Positions 1 to 11,040 are shown, counted from the first letter of the stretch. The stretch is 64,000 nt of DNA from an uncultured Gemmatimonadales bacterium (GCA_963793305.1 CAWBZV010000005.1:1376001-1440000), one strand, 5' to 3'. The notes: generated by a model not told the origin, from the sequence alone. Program-made: numbers and translations.

Positions 1-1
1 G

Positions 2-541
2 ATGGACGCCAAAAAGGCGCTGACGGACGCCAACGGCGATATGGCCAAGGCCGCCGAGCTGCTCCGGACGCGCGGCGTGGCCAAGGCCGAAAAGCGCGCT
101 ACAAAAGTCGCGGGCGAAGGCTTCGTTGGCAGCTACATCCATCACAACGGGAAGCTCGGCGTGATTGTCGAGTTGAACTGCGAAACGGACTTCGTGGCGC
201 GGAACCCCGAGTTCCGCGAGCTCGCCTCTGAGCTGGCCAAGCATATCGCCGCCGCGAACCCGGTGAGCGTCGACAAGGACGGCGTGTCCGCCGAGGTCAT
301 CGAGCGCGAGCGCCGGATCTTCGAGGAGCAGGTCAAGGCCAGCGGCAAGCCCGAGCACCTGATCCAGAAGATCGTCGACGGCAAGGTCGAATCGTTCTAC
401 AAGGACGTGTCCTTGCTGCACCAGGAATACGTGCGCGATCCGAAGAAGAAGGTCGGTGACTTGATCAGCGAACTGTCGGCCAAGGTCGGCGAGAAGATCG
501 CCGTGCGCCGATTCGCCAGATTCCAGGTGGGGGAGGAATAA
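2..541 (+). CDS. tsf: Elongation factor Ts (5' truncated, short form)
   Basis: ELNCETDFVA motif, C-terminal RRFARFQVGE; upstream of pyrH-frr. Confidence 0.97.
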   Translation: MDAKKALTDANGDMAKAAELLRTRGVAKAEKRATKVAGEGFVGSYIHHNGKLGVIVELNCETDFVARNPEFRELASELAKHIAAANPVSVDKDGVSAEVIERERRIFEEQVKASGKPEHLIQKIVDGKVESFYKDVSLLHQEYVRDPKKKVGDLISELSAKVGEKIAVRRFARFQVGEE

Positions 542-546
542 CGAGC

Positions 547-1305
547 GTGACGTCGGTCGCCGACGAGCTCGATGCCGCCCCGTCGCAGCCGCTGAAATAC
601 CGGCGGGTGTTGCTCAAGGTCTCGGGCGAAGCACTCGCCGGCGATAAACCTGGCGGACTCGGATTCGACTTCCCGACGATCGAGCGTTTCGCGGACGAGA
701 TCCAATACGTCGCGCAGATCGGGGCCGAGATCGGCCTCGTCATTGGTGGCGGCAATATCGTGCGCGGCCGGCAGCTGGCCGAACACGGGTTCGATCGCGT
801 CGGCGCCGATTACATGGGGATGCTCGGCACCGTTATCAATGCGCTCGCGGTTCAGGATGTGCTCGAACGCAAGGGAATGGACACGCGCGTCATGACCGCG
901 ATCCGGATGGAGGAGCTCGCCGAGCCGTACATCCGTCGCCGGGCGCTCAAACATCTCGAACAGGGACGCATCGTCATTTTCGCCGCGGGCACGGGCAACC
1001 CGTATTTTTCGACCGATACGGCGGCCGTTCTTCGGGCGATCCAAACCAAGGCCGACGTCATCATCAAGGCGACCAGCGTCGACGGCGTGTACTCGAAAGA
1101 CCCGAAGAAGTTCAAAGACGCGGTGCTCTACAAGCGGATCAGCTACAACGACGTGATGCGCCACGAGCTGGGCGTCATGGACCAGACGGCGATCACGCTG
1201 TGCAAGGAGAATCACCTCCCGCTCATCGTCCTGAACATCAACACGCCTCACTCCGTCGCCCGCGCGCTGCGCGGGGACATTGATGGGACCATCGTCGACT
1301 CATGA
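547..1305 (+). CDS. pyrH: UMP kinase
   Basis: RVLLKVSGEAL, GGGNIVRG, GTGNPYFSTDTAA motifs. Confidence 0.97.
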   Translation: MTSVADELDAAPSQPLKYRRVLLKVSGEALAGDKPGGLGFDFPTIERFADEIQYVAQIGAEIGLVIGGGNIVRGRQLAEHGFDRVGADYMGMLGTVINALAVQDVLERKGMDTRVMTAIRMEELAEPYIRRRALKHLEQGRIVIFAAGTGNPYFSTDTAAVLRAIQTKADVIIKATSVDGVYSKDPKKFKDAVLYKRISYNDVMRHELGVMDQTAITLCKENHLPLIVLNINTPHSVARALRGDIDGTIVDS

Positions 1306-1865
1306 GCACTCCACCGACCATCCCGCAGATCCTCAAGGACACGAAAGCCTCGATGGACAAGGCGCTGGAGAACGCGAAGAAGGAGTTCACGTCCATCCGC
1401 ACGGGCAAAGCCAGCGCGTCGCTCCTCGACACGGTTCGCGTCGATGCCTACGGCCAATCGATGCCGCTCAATCAGGTGGCGAGCGTGAGCGCGCCGGAGC
1501 CGCGGCTCCTGCTCGTGACGCCCTGGGACAAAGGGCAGACCCACGCGATCGAAAAAGCGATTCGCGAGTCGGAGCTCCAGCTCAACCCGCAGAGTCAGAG
1601 TGGCGTGATCCGGGTGCCGATCCCCGCGCTCAACGAGCAGCGGCGCAAAGATCTCGTGAAAGTCGTGCACAAGCTGGCCGAAGAAGGCCGGATCGGCGTC
1701 CGTCACGCGCGAACCGAAGGGCGCGATCGCTTGAAGAAGCTCGAGAAAGTCTCCGAAGACGACGTCAAGCACGGCGAACGCGAGCTGCAGAAGCTCCATG
1801 ACGACTTCATCGGCAAGGTCGACGAGCTGGTCAAGCATAAGGAAGCTGACATTCTGGAAGTCTGA
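1302..1865 (+). CDS. frr: Ribosome recycling factor
   Basis: SIRTGKAS, PLNQVASVS, IRVPIPALNEQRR motifs. Confidence 0.97.
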   Translation: MSTPPTIPQILKDTKASMDKALENAKKEFTSIRTGKASASLLDTVRVDAYGQSMPLNQVASVSAPEPRLLLVTPWDKGQTHAIEKAIRESELQLNPQSQSGVIRVPIPALNEQRRKDLVKVVHKLAEEGRIGVRHARTEGRDRLKKLEKVSEDDVKHGERELQKLHDDFIGKVDELVKHKEADILEV

Positions 1866-1895
1866 GTGAGCAGCTTGGTCGAGTCGCGGCCAGCT

Positions 1896-2759
1896 ATGTC
1901 GGAGCTCGCACGCCGGGTGCTGTTCGCGGTGGTCGCCGCTCCGGCGACCGTGTGGCTGATCTACCTCGGTGGCCCCTACCTCGGCATCCTCTCGGCCACC
2001 GCCGCCGCGCTCGGCGCCTGGGAGCTGTATCGCATCGCCCGCGCCGGCGGCGTCGATCCGATCGACTCGGTCGGGATTCCGTTCGCCGCGCTGCTGCCCC
2101 TCTTGGCCTCGCTCGCGCCGCGCGGCGTCTTCGCGCTTAACCTCGGCGCGAGCGCGGTGGCCGTGCTGATCATGTTCACGCTCGCGATCTGGCTGCGTGG
2201 TGCAGGGCAGCGTCCGCTCTCGGCCGTCGCCGTCACGCTGTTCGGTGTGGTCTACACGGGTGGGATGCTGAGCTTCGGCGTCGCCATACGCTATGACAAC
2301 TACGCGGTCAGCCGGACATCCGGCACACTGCTCTTACTGCTCCCGATTCTCCTCACGTGGATGAACGACATCGGCGCGTACGCCTTGGGGCGGCTCTTCG
2401 GGCGCCGCAAGCTGATGCCGACCGTGAGTCCCGGGAAGACCGTCGCCGGCGCCGTCGGTGGCGTTGCGGTCGCCGTCGTGTTCTGCTGGGCGTACGTGCA
2501 ATGGATTCTGGCGCCCTACGCCGAGTTGGGCATGGCCCCGTGGTCGGTCGTGGTCGTCGCTCTCGCGCTGAGTCTCGCGGCGCAGGTTGGTGATCTGGCC
2601 GAGTCGCTCTTGAAGCGCGAGGCTGGAGTCAAGAACAGCTCGGGATTGATCCCAGGCCATGGTGGGGTACTCGACCGCCTGGACAGTCTGCTGTTCGTGT
2701 TGCCCACGGCATATCTGTTGTTCGGCATCCCTGGGATTCTCTTGCCCGTTCCCAGATGA
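1896..2759 (+). CDS. cdsA: Phosphatidate cytidylyltransferase
   Basis: Hydrophobic; SPGKTVAG, GDLAESLLKREAGVKNS, PGHGGVLDRLDS. Start ATG 1896 or GTG 1866. Confidence 0.93.
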   Translation: MSELARRVLFAVVAAPATVWLIYLGGPYLGILSATAAALGAWELYRIARAGGVDPIDSVGIPFAALLPLLASLAPRGVFALNLGASAVAVLIMFTLAIWLRGAGQRPLSAVAVTLFGVVYTGGMLSFGVAIRYDNYAVSRTSGTLLLLLPILLTWMNDIGAYALGRLFGRRKLMPTVSPGKTVAGAVGGVAVAVVFCWAYVQWILAPYAELGMAPWSVVVVALALSLAAQVGDLAESLLKREAGVKNSSGLIPGHGGVLDRLDSLLFVLPTAYLLFGIPGILLPVPR

Positions 2760-3865
2760 CGCGCGGCGTAGCGATTCTCGGGTCGACAGGGTCGATCGGC
2801 ACGAGCGCACTCCGTGTCCTCGACCGCCAGCGCGCTCGCTTTCACGTCGCCGCCCTCACGTCTCGCGCCAACACGACGCTGCTCGCCGAGCAGTCGCTGC
2901 GCTATCACCCGTCGTTCGTGGGCTGCGTTGAGCAGGATGGCTCGGCGTGCCTCATCGACGCGGCCACTCGCCCGGACGTCGACATTGTCCTGAATGCCGT
3001 CGTCGGCGCGGCCGGACTCGATGCCACGCTCGCGGCGCTTCGCGCCGGCAAGCGTGTCGCGTTGGCCAACAAAGAGACACTAGTGATGGCTGGAGATCTG
3101 GTCTCGAAAGCCGCGGCCGCGGGTCACGGCGAAATCGTACCAGTAGACAGCGAGCACTCGGCGATCTTGCAATGCATTGGATCGAGGACGCCGAACGAAG
3201 TGAGGCGCCTGGTTATTACGGCTTCCGGTGGCCCCTTTCGAGGATGGTCACGCGAACGGATAGCACACGCGACCGTCGAGGATGCGCTCCAGCATCCCAC
3301 GTGGAAAATGGGCCGGAAGATCACGGTCGATAGTGCGACGCTCGCGAATAAGGCGCTGGAAGTAATAGAAGCACATTTCTTATTTGGGGTGCCTTACGAC
3401 CAGATCGAAGTGGTCGTCCATCCCCAGAGTATCGTTCACTCATTCGTCGAATTCCGCGACGGCAGCGTCCTGGCACAGCTCGGCTTGCCGAGCATGGAGC
3501 TCCCGATCTTGTACGCTTTGACCCACCCCGAACGCGTCGTTGATGACGGGGTACCACGCTTCAACCCGGTGGCGGCTTCACCGCTGACTTTCGAGCGCGT
3601 CCGCGCCGACGACTTCCCGGCACTCGCGCTCGGTGTCGAGGCCGGCCGCCGCGGTGGCGCCGCCCCAGCGGTATTCAACGCGGCGAACGAGCAAGCGGTG
3701 GCGCTATTCTTAGAGGGACGGATGTCATTTGCTGGGATCGCGACGGCGATCAGCTCGGCACTCGACGCAGTCGGCGCTCACCCGGGAACTGACCGGGAGG
3801 CGCTACTCGCCGCCGACGCCGCCGCGCGAACTCATGTGCTGAGCGCAATAGAGACGGCCGTATGA
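2756..3865 (+). CDS. dxr: 1-deoxy-D-xylulose 5-phosphate reductoisomerase
   Basis: LGSTGSIG, LANKE, PVDSEH, TASGGPF, HPTWKMGRKITVDSAT. Confidence 0.97.
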   Translation: MTRGVAILGSTGSIGTSALRVLDRQRARFHVAALTSRANTTLLAEQSLRYHPSFVGCVEQDGSACLIDAATRPDVDIVLNAVVGAAGLDATLAALRAGKRVALANKETLVMAGDLVSKAAAAGHGEIVPVDSEHSAILQCIGSRTPNEVRRLVITASGGPFRGWSRERIAHATVEDALQHPTWKMGRKITVDSATLANKALEVIEAHFLFGVPYDQIEVVVHPQSIVHSFVEFRDGSVLAQLGLPSMELPILYALTHPERVVDDGVPRFNPVAASPLTFERVRADDFPALALGVEAGRRGGAAPAVFNAANEQAVALFLEGRMSFAGIATAISSALDAVGAHPGTDREALLAADAAARTHVLSAIETAV

Positions 3866-5052
3866 ACCATTTCTGGGATGTCCTGCGGGATCACGTGCCG
3901 TGGCTCGCGCCGATCCTGGTGTTCGGCGTCGTGATCTTCGTGCACGAGCTTGGCCACTTCCTTGCCGCGAAGATCACGGGCGTCTATGCCCCGCGGTTCT
4001 CCATCGGGTTCGGCCCCGCGCTCTGGCATCACCGGTGGGGCGAGACCGAGTATCGACTCGCGGCGCTCCCCTTGGGCGGCTACGTCCGCATGGCCTCGCG
4101 CGACGATGAGTCCATGGCGATGATCGAAGGCGGCGGCGAGACCGGACCGGAAGTACACGGGCCTGACTGGGACCCGAACGCGCTCAAGCCGTTCGGTCCG
4201 AAGCCGGTGCCCGAGGATCGCTGGTTCGAGTCGAAACCCCTCTGGGCGCGGCTCTTCATCATGCTCGCCGGCGTCAGTATGAACCTCGTGCTCGCGTACG
4301 TCGTGCTGGCCGGCGTGTTCGCGCATTACGGGAAGCCGTCCGGTGTGCAGACGCCGATCGTCGACTCGGTCGTCACGAACATGCCGGCCGCCGCCGCGGG
4401 GCTTATCGCTCACGACAGCGTCGTGGCGGTCGGGGGCGTCCCCGTGCACACGGCGCTGGAGGCTCAAGACCAGCTCCGCCCGGCGATCGGCAAAGCGTTG
4501 ACGATCGACATCGTCCGCTCCGGGAAACCCCTGAGCTTCACGGTGACACCGGTCGCGGCGCAGGACACCGATGCCCAAACGCACGCGGTCCGTACGATCG
4601 GTCGCGTCGGAGTACTCTTCCGGCCCGAGCCAATGGTGCCGGTACCGCTGCCGCAGGCGGCCGCGCTGGGCGGCGAGAAGACCGTCGAGTTGTTCAAGGC
4701 GATCGTCGTCTCGGTCGGCAAGCTCTTCACCGGCCAGGTGTCAATCAAGACCCTGAGCGGACCGGTCGCCATCGCGAAGTACTCGGTGCAGGCGGCGAGA
4801 AGCGGATTCGAGAATCTGCTGCTCTTGCTCGCCGTCATCTCGGTCAACCTCGCCGTCTTGAATCTCCTGCCGATTCCGATCCTCGACGGCGGTCAGATCG
4901 TCGTCAACGTCGTCGAATCGATACGCGGTACGCCGCTCACCCTGCGCACGCGAGAGTTGATCCTGCGCGCGGGGCTCCTCGCGATCGCGTTCCTCTTCGT
5001 GGTGGTCATGTACAACGATCAATGCGTGTTCTTCTTTGCGCTCTGCTCCTGA
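3862..5052 (+). CDS. rseP: RIP metalloprotease RseP (M50, one PDZ domain)
   Basis: HELGH, NLLPIPILDGG; follows dxr. Confidence 0.93.
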   Translation: MNHFWDVLRDHVPWLAPILVFGVVIFVHELGHFLAAKITGVYAPRFSIGFGPALWHHRWGETEYRLAALPLGGYVRMASRDDESMAMIEGGGETGPEVHGPDWDPNALKPFGPKPVPEDRWFESKPLWARLFIMLAGVSMNLVLAYVVLAGVFAHYGKPSGVQTPIVDSVVTNMPAAAAGLIAHDSVVAVGGVPVHTALEAQDQLRPAIGKALTIDIVRSGKPLSFTVTPVAAQDTDAQTHAVRTIGRVGVLFRPEPMVPVPLPQAAALGGEKTVELFKAIVVSVGKLFTGQVSIKTLSGPVAIAKYSVQAARSGFENLLLLLAVISVNLAVLNLLPIPILDGGQIVVNVVESIRGTPLTLRTRELILRAGLLAIAFLFVVVMYNDQCVFFFALCS

Positions 5053-5399
5053 CCGCCCTTCCGGGGGCGGCCCGAGCGCAGATCGGCACCGCACGGTTCG
5101 ACATCGATAGCGTCGGCGACTCGACGGTCACGTTCACCGTCGGCGCCGCGCGATGGGTGCGAGCCGGTCAGACGGGGCTCGCCGTCGAGCCGCGACGCCA
5201 CGATGAGCTGATCGCGCGATTGCGGATCATTCATGTCGAGTCGGGTACCGCCACCGCCGTCATCACGGGACAGACGAGCCGGGTGACGGCCGGACAGGTC
5301 GCGTTGATCCGCAAACCGGCTGCGCCGTTCTATACCGTCGGAGTGTTCTGGGTCGGCGCGGCGGTCGGCGCCGCGATCATGTTTTTCGCCACGCGCTAG
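5022..5399 (+). CDS. Hypothetical exported protein with C-terminal membrane anchor
   Basis: Signal peptide ending ARA, beta-rich core, hydrophobic C-terminus; overlaps rseP end. Confidence 0.65.
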   Translation: MRVLLCALLLTALPGAARAQIGTARFDIDSVGDSTVTFTVGAARWVRAGQTGLAVEPRRHDELIARLRIIHVESGTATAVITGQTSRVTAGQVALIRKPAAPFYTVGVFWVGAAVGAAIMFFATR

Positions 5400-5480
5400 C
5401 GCGGCTCCGCCGCGCGTCGAGGCGGACGCTACGCTCCGCTCGACTGGTCGGTTGGATGGGCATTCGGCTGAGCCGATGCC

Positions 5481-7085
5481 CTAGCTTCCGCAGACTAAAC
5501 GGACGCGAACGTGCTGCGGCGGGCCCGCATCGTCCGTCACGCGCACCGTATCACGATAGGTCGCGCAGTATCGCGCACTCACGGCGAGCATGTACGCGCC
5601 GATCGGCAACGTGATCGGTTTCTCGGCCGGCGCATGCCCGCTCGCGATTTCGTCACCGCCGATCGACCGAAATGCATACTCGGCCCCATTCGGCTGCGCA
5701 TCGAGCACCAGCACACCGCACACGCGCGGCGCCAAATGCACGTTGGTCATCCCCGTCGGCGCGAGCGTGACCGTTTGCGTGACGCGATGCGATGGACACT
5801 GTTCGTTGCCGCTGTCGGGCAATGCGGCGAGAACCTCGTACCGTCCGGGTTTGAGGGTGTCCGTCCGCCAGTCGCCGGTGCCGACGACCGTTCCGCCGAC
5901 GCTGAGGCGCGCGTCGGCCGGCGCCATAATGTGGAGGATGGGCTTGACGGGCTCACGGACGACAGCCGGTGATGTCGGTGGTTTGGTGCTAGCGGTCGGG
6001 CGGGGGGACGCGGGCGATGTCGTGGTCGGCGATGACGCTGGGGCGGCAGCGGTAGGCGCAGGCGAAGCCGCGCGGACTGCCGGGTGCTGATGGCTCAGGG
6101 TATACGCCGAAATGAGGGCCAGCACGATGCCCGCCGCAGCCGCACCCTGTACGAGGCGCCGCCGTCGCCGCTTGGCCAGCTCCCATGGCGGAACGATCGG
6201 TGTTGTCGGCCCATCGATGGTTGGCGTCGGCATGGCCCGCATGGCGATCGTCTCACCCTTCTCGGTGAGCAGCGCGCCGAGCGCCTGGCACATGGCCTCG
6301 CCAGTCTGGTACCGGTCCCCGGGATCTTTCTCGAGGCACGTGAGGATGATCCGCTCCATCCCTTTCGACAGGGATGGATTGAGCGACCGCGGTTTGGCGG
6401 GCCGATCCTCGACGTGCTGCCGCGCGATCTCGTACCAGTCCTCGCCCGTGAACGGGAGCACCCCGGTCGCCGAGCGAAACAGCGTGACGCCGAGCGAGTA
6501 CAGATCGGCCCGTCCGTCGAGGGTCAGGCCCCGCGCCTGCTCGGGCGAGAAGTACTGGGGCGTGCCGACGACCATGTTCGTCCCGGTCTGCTGGGCGTAA
6601 TTCGAGACGGCCCGCGCTATCCCGAAATCGGCGACGATCGCGTTCCCGTGCTCATCGAACAGGATGTTGTCGGTCTTGATGTCGCGATGGATCACGCCCT
6701 CGCGGTGCGCGAAGCCCAGGGCGCTGGCAACGTCGATTCCGAGGCGGATCAGGACGGGCTCGGGCAGCGTCGGGATGACCTCCAGCCGGTCCGGCAGGCC
6801 CTGCGGCAGGAAGTCCATCGCAAAGTAGACCGCGTCTTGGTCTTTGCCGACCGCGAAGATCTTGATGATATTCGGGTGCCGGAGCCGCGCGGCCGTTGAG
6901 GCTTCCCGGCGGAACCGGCTCTCGAACTTCTCGTCGCCGGCGTACTGAGGCTTCAGGACCTTGAGCGCGACCGGGATCTCGAGCTCGGGATCGAATGCTT
7001 TGTAGACCCAGGCGAACCCGCCTGAGCCGACGACGGCATCTATCCTGAACTTGCCGAGGGTTCGGCCGAGATAGCGTTCAGGCAA
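5481..7085 (-). CDS. Membrane Ser/Thr protein kinase (Hanks type)
   Basis: [31 protein letters not shown]; then TM helix, Pro/Thr-rich linker and beta-rich C-terminal domain. Confidence 0.93.
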   Translation of the reverse strand: MPERYLGRTLGKFRIDAVVGSGGFAWVYKAFDPELEIPVALKVLKPQYAGDEKFESRFRREASTAARLRHPNIIKIFAVGKDQDAVYFAMDFLPQGLPDRLEVIPTLPEPVLIRLGIDVASALGFAHREGVIHRDIKTDNILFDEHGNAIVADFGIARAVSNYAQQTGTNMVVGTPQYFSPEQARGLTLDGRADLYSLGVTLFRSATGVLPFTGEDWYEIARQHVEDRPAKPRSLNPSLSKGMERIILTCLEKDPGDRYQTGEAMCQALGALLTEKGETIAMRAMPTPTIDGPTTPIVPPWELAKRRRRRLVQGAAAAGIVLALISAYTLSHQHPAVRAASPAPTAAAPASSPTTTSPASPRPTASTKPPTSPAVVREPVKPILHIMAPADARLSVGGTVVGTGDWRTDTLKPGRYEVLAALPDSGNEQCPSHRVTQTVTLAPTGMTNVHLAPRVCGVLVLDAQPNGAEYAFRSIGGDEIASGHAPAEKPITLPIGAYMLAVSARYCATYRDTVRVTDDAGPPQHVRVRLVCGS

Positions 7086-7183
7086 CGCAGTACGCCTTTA
7101 CAGGAGTCCCGTATCCCAGTAAACTTCTGGGCTTACTAGAGATAGCGCTCAAGATGGGTAAGGCGCGGAGTATAATATCAAAC

Positions 7184-7444
7184 ATGGCATTCCAAAAAGC
7201 ACCGACGATCGCGAAGTACCACAGCCACGAGACCGATACGGGTTCGACGCGTGTTCAGGTCGCCCTGCTGACTGATCGCATAAATTACCTGACCGACCAC
7301 TTCCGCGTGCACGCCAAGGACCACCACAGCCGCCGCGGACTCCTCAAGATGGTCGGCCGTCGCCGCCGTCTGTTGAACTACCTCAAGCGCACGGATCTCG
7401 AAGGCTACCGGACACTGATCGAGACTCTTGGGCTTCGCTACTAG
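7184..7444 (+). CDS. rpsO: 30S ribosomal protein S15
   Basis: [26 protein letters not shown]; start placed at ATG 7184. Confidence 0.97.
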   Translation: MAFQKAPTIAKYHSHETDTGSTRVQVALLTDRINYLTDHFRVHAKDHHSRRGLLKMVGRRRRLLNYLKRTDLEGYRTLIETLGLRY

Positions 7445-7471
7445 GACGCTTGGCTACTGTTTCCCTTTTTC

Positions 7472-7509
7472 GCGCGGGCGCGACGGCAACTTGTGTCGCC
7501 CGCGCTTTT
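7472..7509 (+). terminator. Hairpin plus T-tract between rpsO and pnp
   Basis: GCGCGGGCG (7472-7480) pairs with CGCCCGCGC (7497-7505), followed by TTTT. Confidence 0.65.
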
Positions 7510-7531
7510 CGCGTTTTTCCCTAAATAACCA

Positions 7532-9778
7532 ATGCAACGTATAGAGAAGACCTTCGCTGGTCGCCGGCTGGTCATTGAGACCGGCCGCATGGCCAAACAG
7601 GCCGCAGGCTCGGCCGTCGTAACGTTTGGCGAGACGATGGTGCTAGCGGCGGTCACCGTGAGCGACTCGCAGAGCTCACTCCCATTCTTTCCCCTCACGG
7701 TCGAGTACAAGGAAAGAACCTACGCCGCGGGCAAGATCCCTGGCGGCTTCATCAAGCGGGAAGGTCGCCCGCAGGACGCCGAGATCCTCTCGGCCCGCAT
7801 TATCGATCGCTCGATCCGTCCGCTGTTCCCCGAGGGCTTCAAGAACGAAATCCAGGTGTTCGTCTACGTCATTTCCGCCGATCAGGAAAATGATGCGGAC
7901 GTGCTCGCCCTCCTGGCCACGTCGTTCGCGTTGAACGCCTCGAAGATCCCGTTCCTGGGCCCGATTGCCGCTGTCCGCGTCGGCCGCGTGCAGGAGCGCT
8001 GGGTCTTGAACCCGACGTTCCAGCAGCTCGAGTACAGCGATATGGACGTCGTGGTCACCGGGTCGAAGGACTCGATCGTGATGGTCGAGGGCGGCGCGCT
8101 CGAGGTCTCCGAGACCGACTGTGTCGACGCCCTGGCGATCGCGCTTGGCGGCATCAAGGAGCTGGTCAAGTTCCAGGAAGAACTGCTCGCCAAACTCCCG
8201 CCGGTCGAGAAGATGGCGTGGACGAAGGCCGAGCGTTCAGAACTGCTCCAAGCTCGCGTGAAGCAGCTCGCCGCCGGTCGCATTGTCGCCGCGCTCAATC
8301 AGCCCGACAAGCACGCGCGGGTTGAGGCAGTCGAGATCGTCAAGAAGGAAGTCATCGACGCCCTCATCTCGGAATTTCCCGAAAACGGCCGCGACATCGC
8401 AGACCTGGTCGGGGATGAAGAGTATCATGCGCTGCGCGCCCAAGTCCTCGACACGAAGCATCGCGTGGATGGTCGTGGCCTCGCCGACGTGCGCCCGATC
8501 ACATGCAATGTCGGGCTTCTACCCCGCGCGCACGGCTCGGCCTTGTTTACCAGAGGTCAGACGCAAGCCCTCGTTGCGGTGACCTTGGGCACGGCGAACG
8601 ACGTGCAGCGGCTCGATACGATCGACGAAGCAGGCGAGTCGACGAAGTCGTTCATGCTGCACTACAATTTCCCGCCGTTCTCGACCGGTGAAGTGAGACC
8701 GGTACGGGGAACAAGCCGGAGAGAAATCGGCCACGGAAACCTCGCCGAGCGCGCGCTCCAAGGCGTGTTGCCCGCATTCGAAGACTTCCCGTATACGATC
8801 CGCGTCGTATCGGATGTCCTGGAGTCCAACGGCTCGTCGTCCATGGCGTCGGTCTGTGGTGGCTCGCTGGCGTTGTTCGACGCTGGTGTGCCGATCAAAG
8901 CTCCCGTCGCCGGCGTGGCGATGGGGCTGATCAAAGAAGGCGATCGTCATGCGGTCCTCACGGATATTCTGGGCACCGAAGACCACTTGGGCGACATGGA
9001 CTTCAAGGTCGCGGGGACCGACCAGGGTATCACGTCGATCCAGATGGACATCAAGATCCAGGGCCTGAGCCTGGACATCATGCGGGAAGCGCTGTCTCAG
9101 GCGTTAGTAGGACGGTTGCACATTCTCGGTGAGATGGCCAAGGCGCTGCCGGAACCGCGCGGCGACTTGTCGCGCTACGCGCCTCGTATCGTCACGATGA
9201 ATATCAGCCCCGAGAAGATCGGCGATCTCATCGGCCCCAAGGGCAAGACGATCCGCGGGATCCAGGACGAAACCGGCGCCGAGCTCACGGTCGACGACTC
9301 GGGCTTGGTGACGATCGCCGCTGTGGGTGGGGACGCCATGCAGCGCGCGCGCCAGATGGTGCAGGCGCTGACGGCCGAGCCGGTGGTCGGCGAGACGTAC
9401 GAGGGCACGGTCAAGAGCACGACCGCGTTCGGCGCATTCGTCGAGATCATGCCCGGTACCGAAGCCCTGCTGCACATCTCCGAGATGCGCTGGGGCCGCA
9501 CCGATAAGACCGAAGATGTCGTCAAGAAGGGCGATCGCGTGAAGGTCAAGCTGATCGACCGCGATGAGCGTGGCCGTCTCCGTCTCTCCATGCGCGCGCT
9601 CCAACCGAAGCCCGAAGGCCAATCATCCTCGGAAGAGTCGGGTGGCGGCGCCGCTGGTGACGAGCTCATCCCGGAGGGCGCTGGCGCCGCGGGTGGGGGC
9701 GGTGAGCAGCGCGAGCGGCGTCCACGGCGCGGTGGTGGCGGTGGCCGTGGCGGTCGCGGTGGCCCCTCGCGGGGATGA
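7532..9778 (+). CDS. pnp: Polyribonucleotide nucleotidyltransferase
   Basis: FFPLTVEY, RREIGHG, ESNGSSSMA, GDMDFKVAG; KH and S1 domains. Confidence 0.98.
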   Translation: MQRIEKTFAGRRLVIETGRMAKQAAGSAVVTFGETMVLAAVTVSDSQSSLPFFPLTVEYKERTYAAGKIPGGFIKREGRPQDAEILSARIIDRSIRPLFPEGFKNEIQVFVYVISADQENDADVLALLATSFALNASKIPFLGPIAAVRVGRVQERWVLNPTFQQLEYSDMDVVVTGSKDSIVMVEGGALEVSETDCVDALAIALGGIKELVKFQEELLAKLPPVEKMAWTKAERSELLQARVKQLAAGRIVAALNQPDKHARVEAVEIVKKEVIDALISEFPENGRDIADLVGDEEYHALRAQVLDTKHRVDGRGLADVRPITCNVGLLPRAHGSALFTRGQTQALVAVTLGTANDVQRLDTIDEAGESTKSFMLHYNFPPFSTGEVRPVRGTSRREIGHGNLAERALQGVLPAFEDFPYTIRVVSDVLESNGSSSMASVCGGSLALFDAGVPIKAPVAGVAMGLIKEGDRHAVLTDILGTEDHLGDMDFKVAGTDQGITSIQMDIKIQGLSLDIMREALSQALVGRLHILGEMAKALPEPRGDLSRYAPRIVTMNISPEKIGDLIGPKGKTIRGIQDETGAELTVDDSGLVTIAAVGGDAMQRARQMVQALTAEPVVGETYEGTVKSTTAFGAFVEIMPGTEALLHISEMRWGRTDKTEDVVKKGDRVKVKLIDRDERGRLRLSMRALQPKPEGQSSSEESGGGAAGDELIPEGAGAAGGGGEQRERRPRRGGGGGRGGRGGPSRG

Positions 9779-11025
9779 CCTCGCTCGTCGAAGACGGCCT
9801 GAGATCGACTACTCTCGATAACGGCCTCTCGGTTCTGTCAGAGCGCATGCCAGGCGTCCGGTCCGTCGCGATCGGCGCCTGGATCCGCGCGGCATCCGTC
9901 CACGAGACGACCGCCGTCATGGGCGTGTCGCACCTCTTGGAGCACATGGTGTTCAAGGGAACGCCAACCCGCGATGCGCGCGAGATCGCGCTCTCGCTGG
10001 AGCGCCTCGGCGGCTCCCTCGACGCGTACACTTCCCGCGAGCACACGTCGTACCAAGCACGTGTGCTGGACGAGCACGTGAGCGTCGCGGCCGACGTACT
10101 CGGCGACCTGGTGTATCGCCCGACGTTGCGTGCCTCCGACCTCGCGTTGGAGCGCAAAGTCGTGCTCGAAGAAATCGGGATGGTCGACGATACGCCGGAC
10201 GATCTCGTCTTCGAGCTGCATAATGCGGCGCTGTGGGGCTCGCACCCACTTGGCTACTCGATACTCGGTACCCGCGACACGATCGGTTCGCTCGGCGTGC
10301 ACGAGCTGCGAGCGTTGCATGATCGTGCGTACCATCCAACGCAGACGGTTGTCGCCGCGGCCGGGAATATCGATCATGATCGCTTGGTGGCGGTCCTGAC
10401 CGAGACCGGCTGGTCTTCGATCGCCGCCGGTCCCGCCGCTCGGCTAACGGCACCGCCGCCGAAGGCGGCGCAGCCGAGTGTGACTCATGTCGAGCGCGAT
10501 ACGACGCAGACCCACATCGTTTTCGGCTCACCGACGGTCGCGCATGGCGACCCGAGGCGATATGCGTTCGCCATTGCGTCGAGCGTTCTGGGCGGTGGCA
10601 TGAGCTCTCGGCTCTTCCAAAGAATCCGCGAAGAGCTGGGACTCGCCTATGCGATCTTCACGTTCTCGTCGCTGCACGCCGACGTCGGCAGCCATGGCGT
10701 ATACGTGGGCACCGCGCCGGAGACGGCCGCGCAGGCAACGGATGCCATTCGCGAGGAGCTGTCCAAGCTCTCGACTGACGGTTTGACACCAGACGAGCTG
10801 ACCGCCGGGAAGAACCAACTCAAGGGGCAGGTCACGCTGTCGTTGGAGAGCGTGACGACCCGAATGTATCGCGCCGCCAGCGTCGAGCTGTACGGCGAAC
10901 CCTATCGCGGGCTCGATGAAGAGCTCGCGGCCATCGAGCGCGTCGATCACGATGACGTGCGTGCCGTCTGCCGGGAATTCTTCGCGCCGGAACGTCAGAC
11001 GGTCCTGAGCCTCGGTCCGGCCTAA
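9775..11025 (+). CDS. M16 family zinc peptidase
   Basis: Inverted HxxEH (HLLEH), GGGMSSRLFQRIREELGLAY. Confidence 0.93.
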   Translation: MTSLVEDGLRSTTLDNGLSVLSERMPGVRSVAIGAWIRAASVHETTAVMGVSHLLEHMVFKGTPTRDAREIALSLERLGGSLDAYTSREHTSYQARVLDEHVSVAADVLGDLVYRPTLRASDLALERKVVLEEIGMVDDTPDDLVFELHNAALWGSHPLGYSILGTRDTIGSLGVHELRALHDRAYHPTQTVVAAAGNIDHDRLVAVLTETGWSSIAAGPAARLTAPPPKAAQPSVTHVERDTTQTHIVFGSPTVAHGDPRRYAFAIASSVLGGGMSSRLFQRIREELGLAYAIFTFSSLHADVGSHGVYVGTAPETAAQATDAIREELSKLSTDGLTPDELTAGKNQLKGQVTLSLESVTTRMYRAASVELYGEPYRGLDEELAAIERVDHDDVRAVCREFFAPERQTVLSLGPA

Positions 11026-11040
11026 CTCTCACGACTTGCC

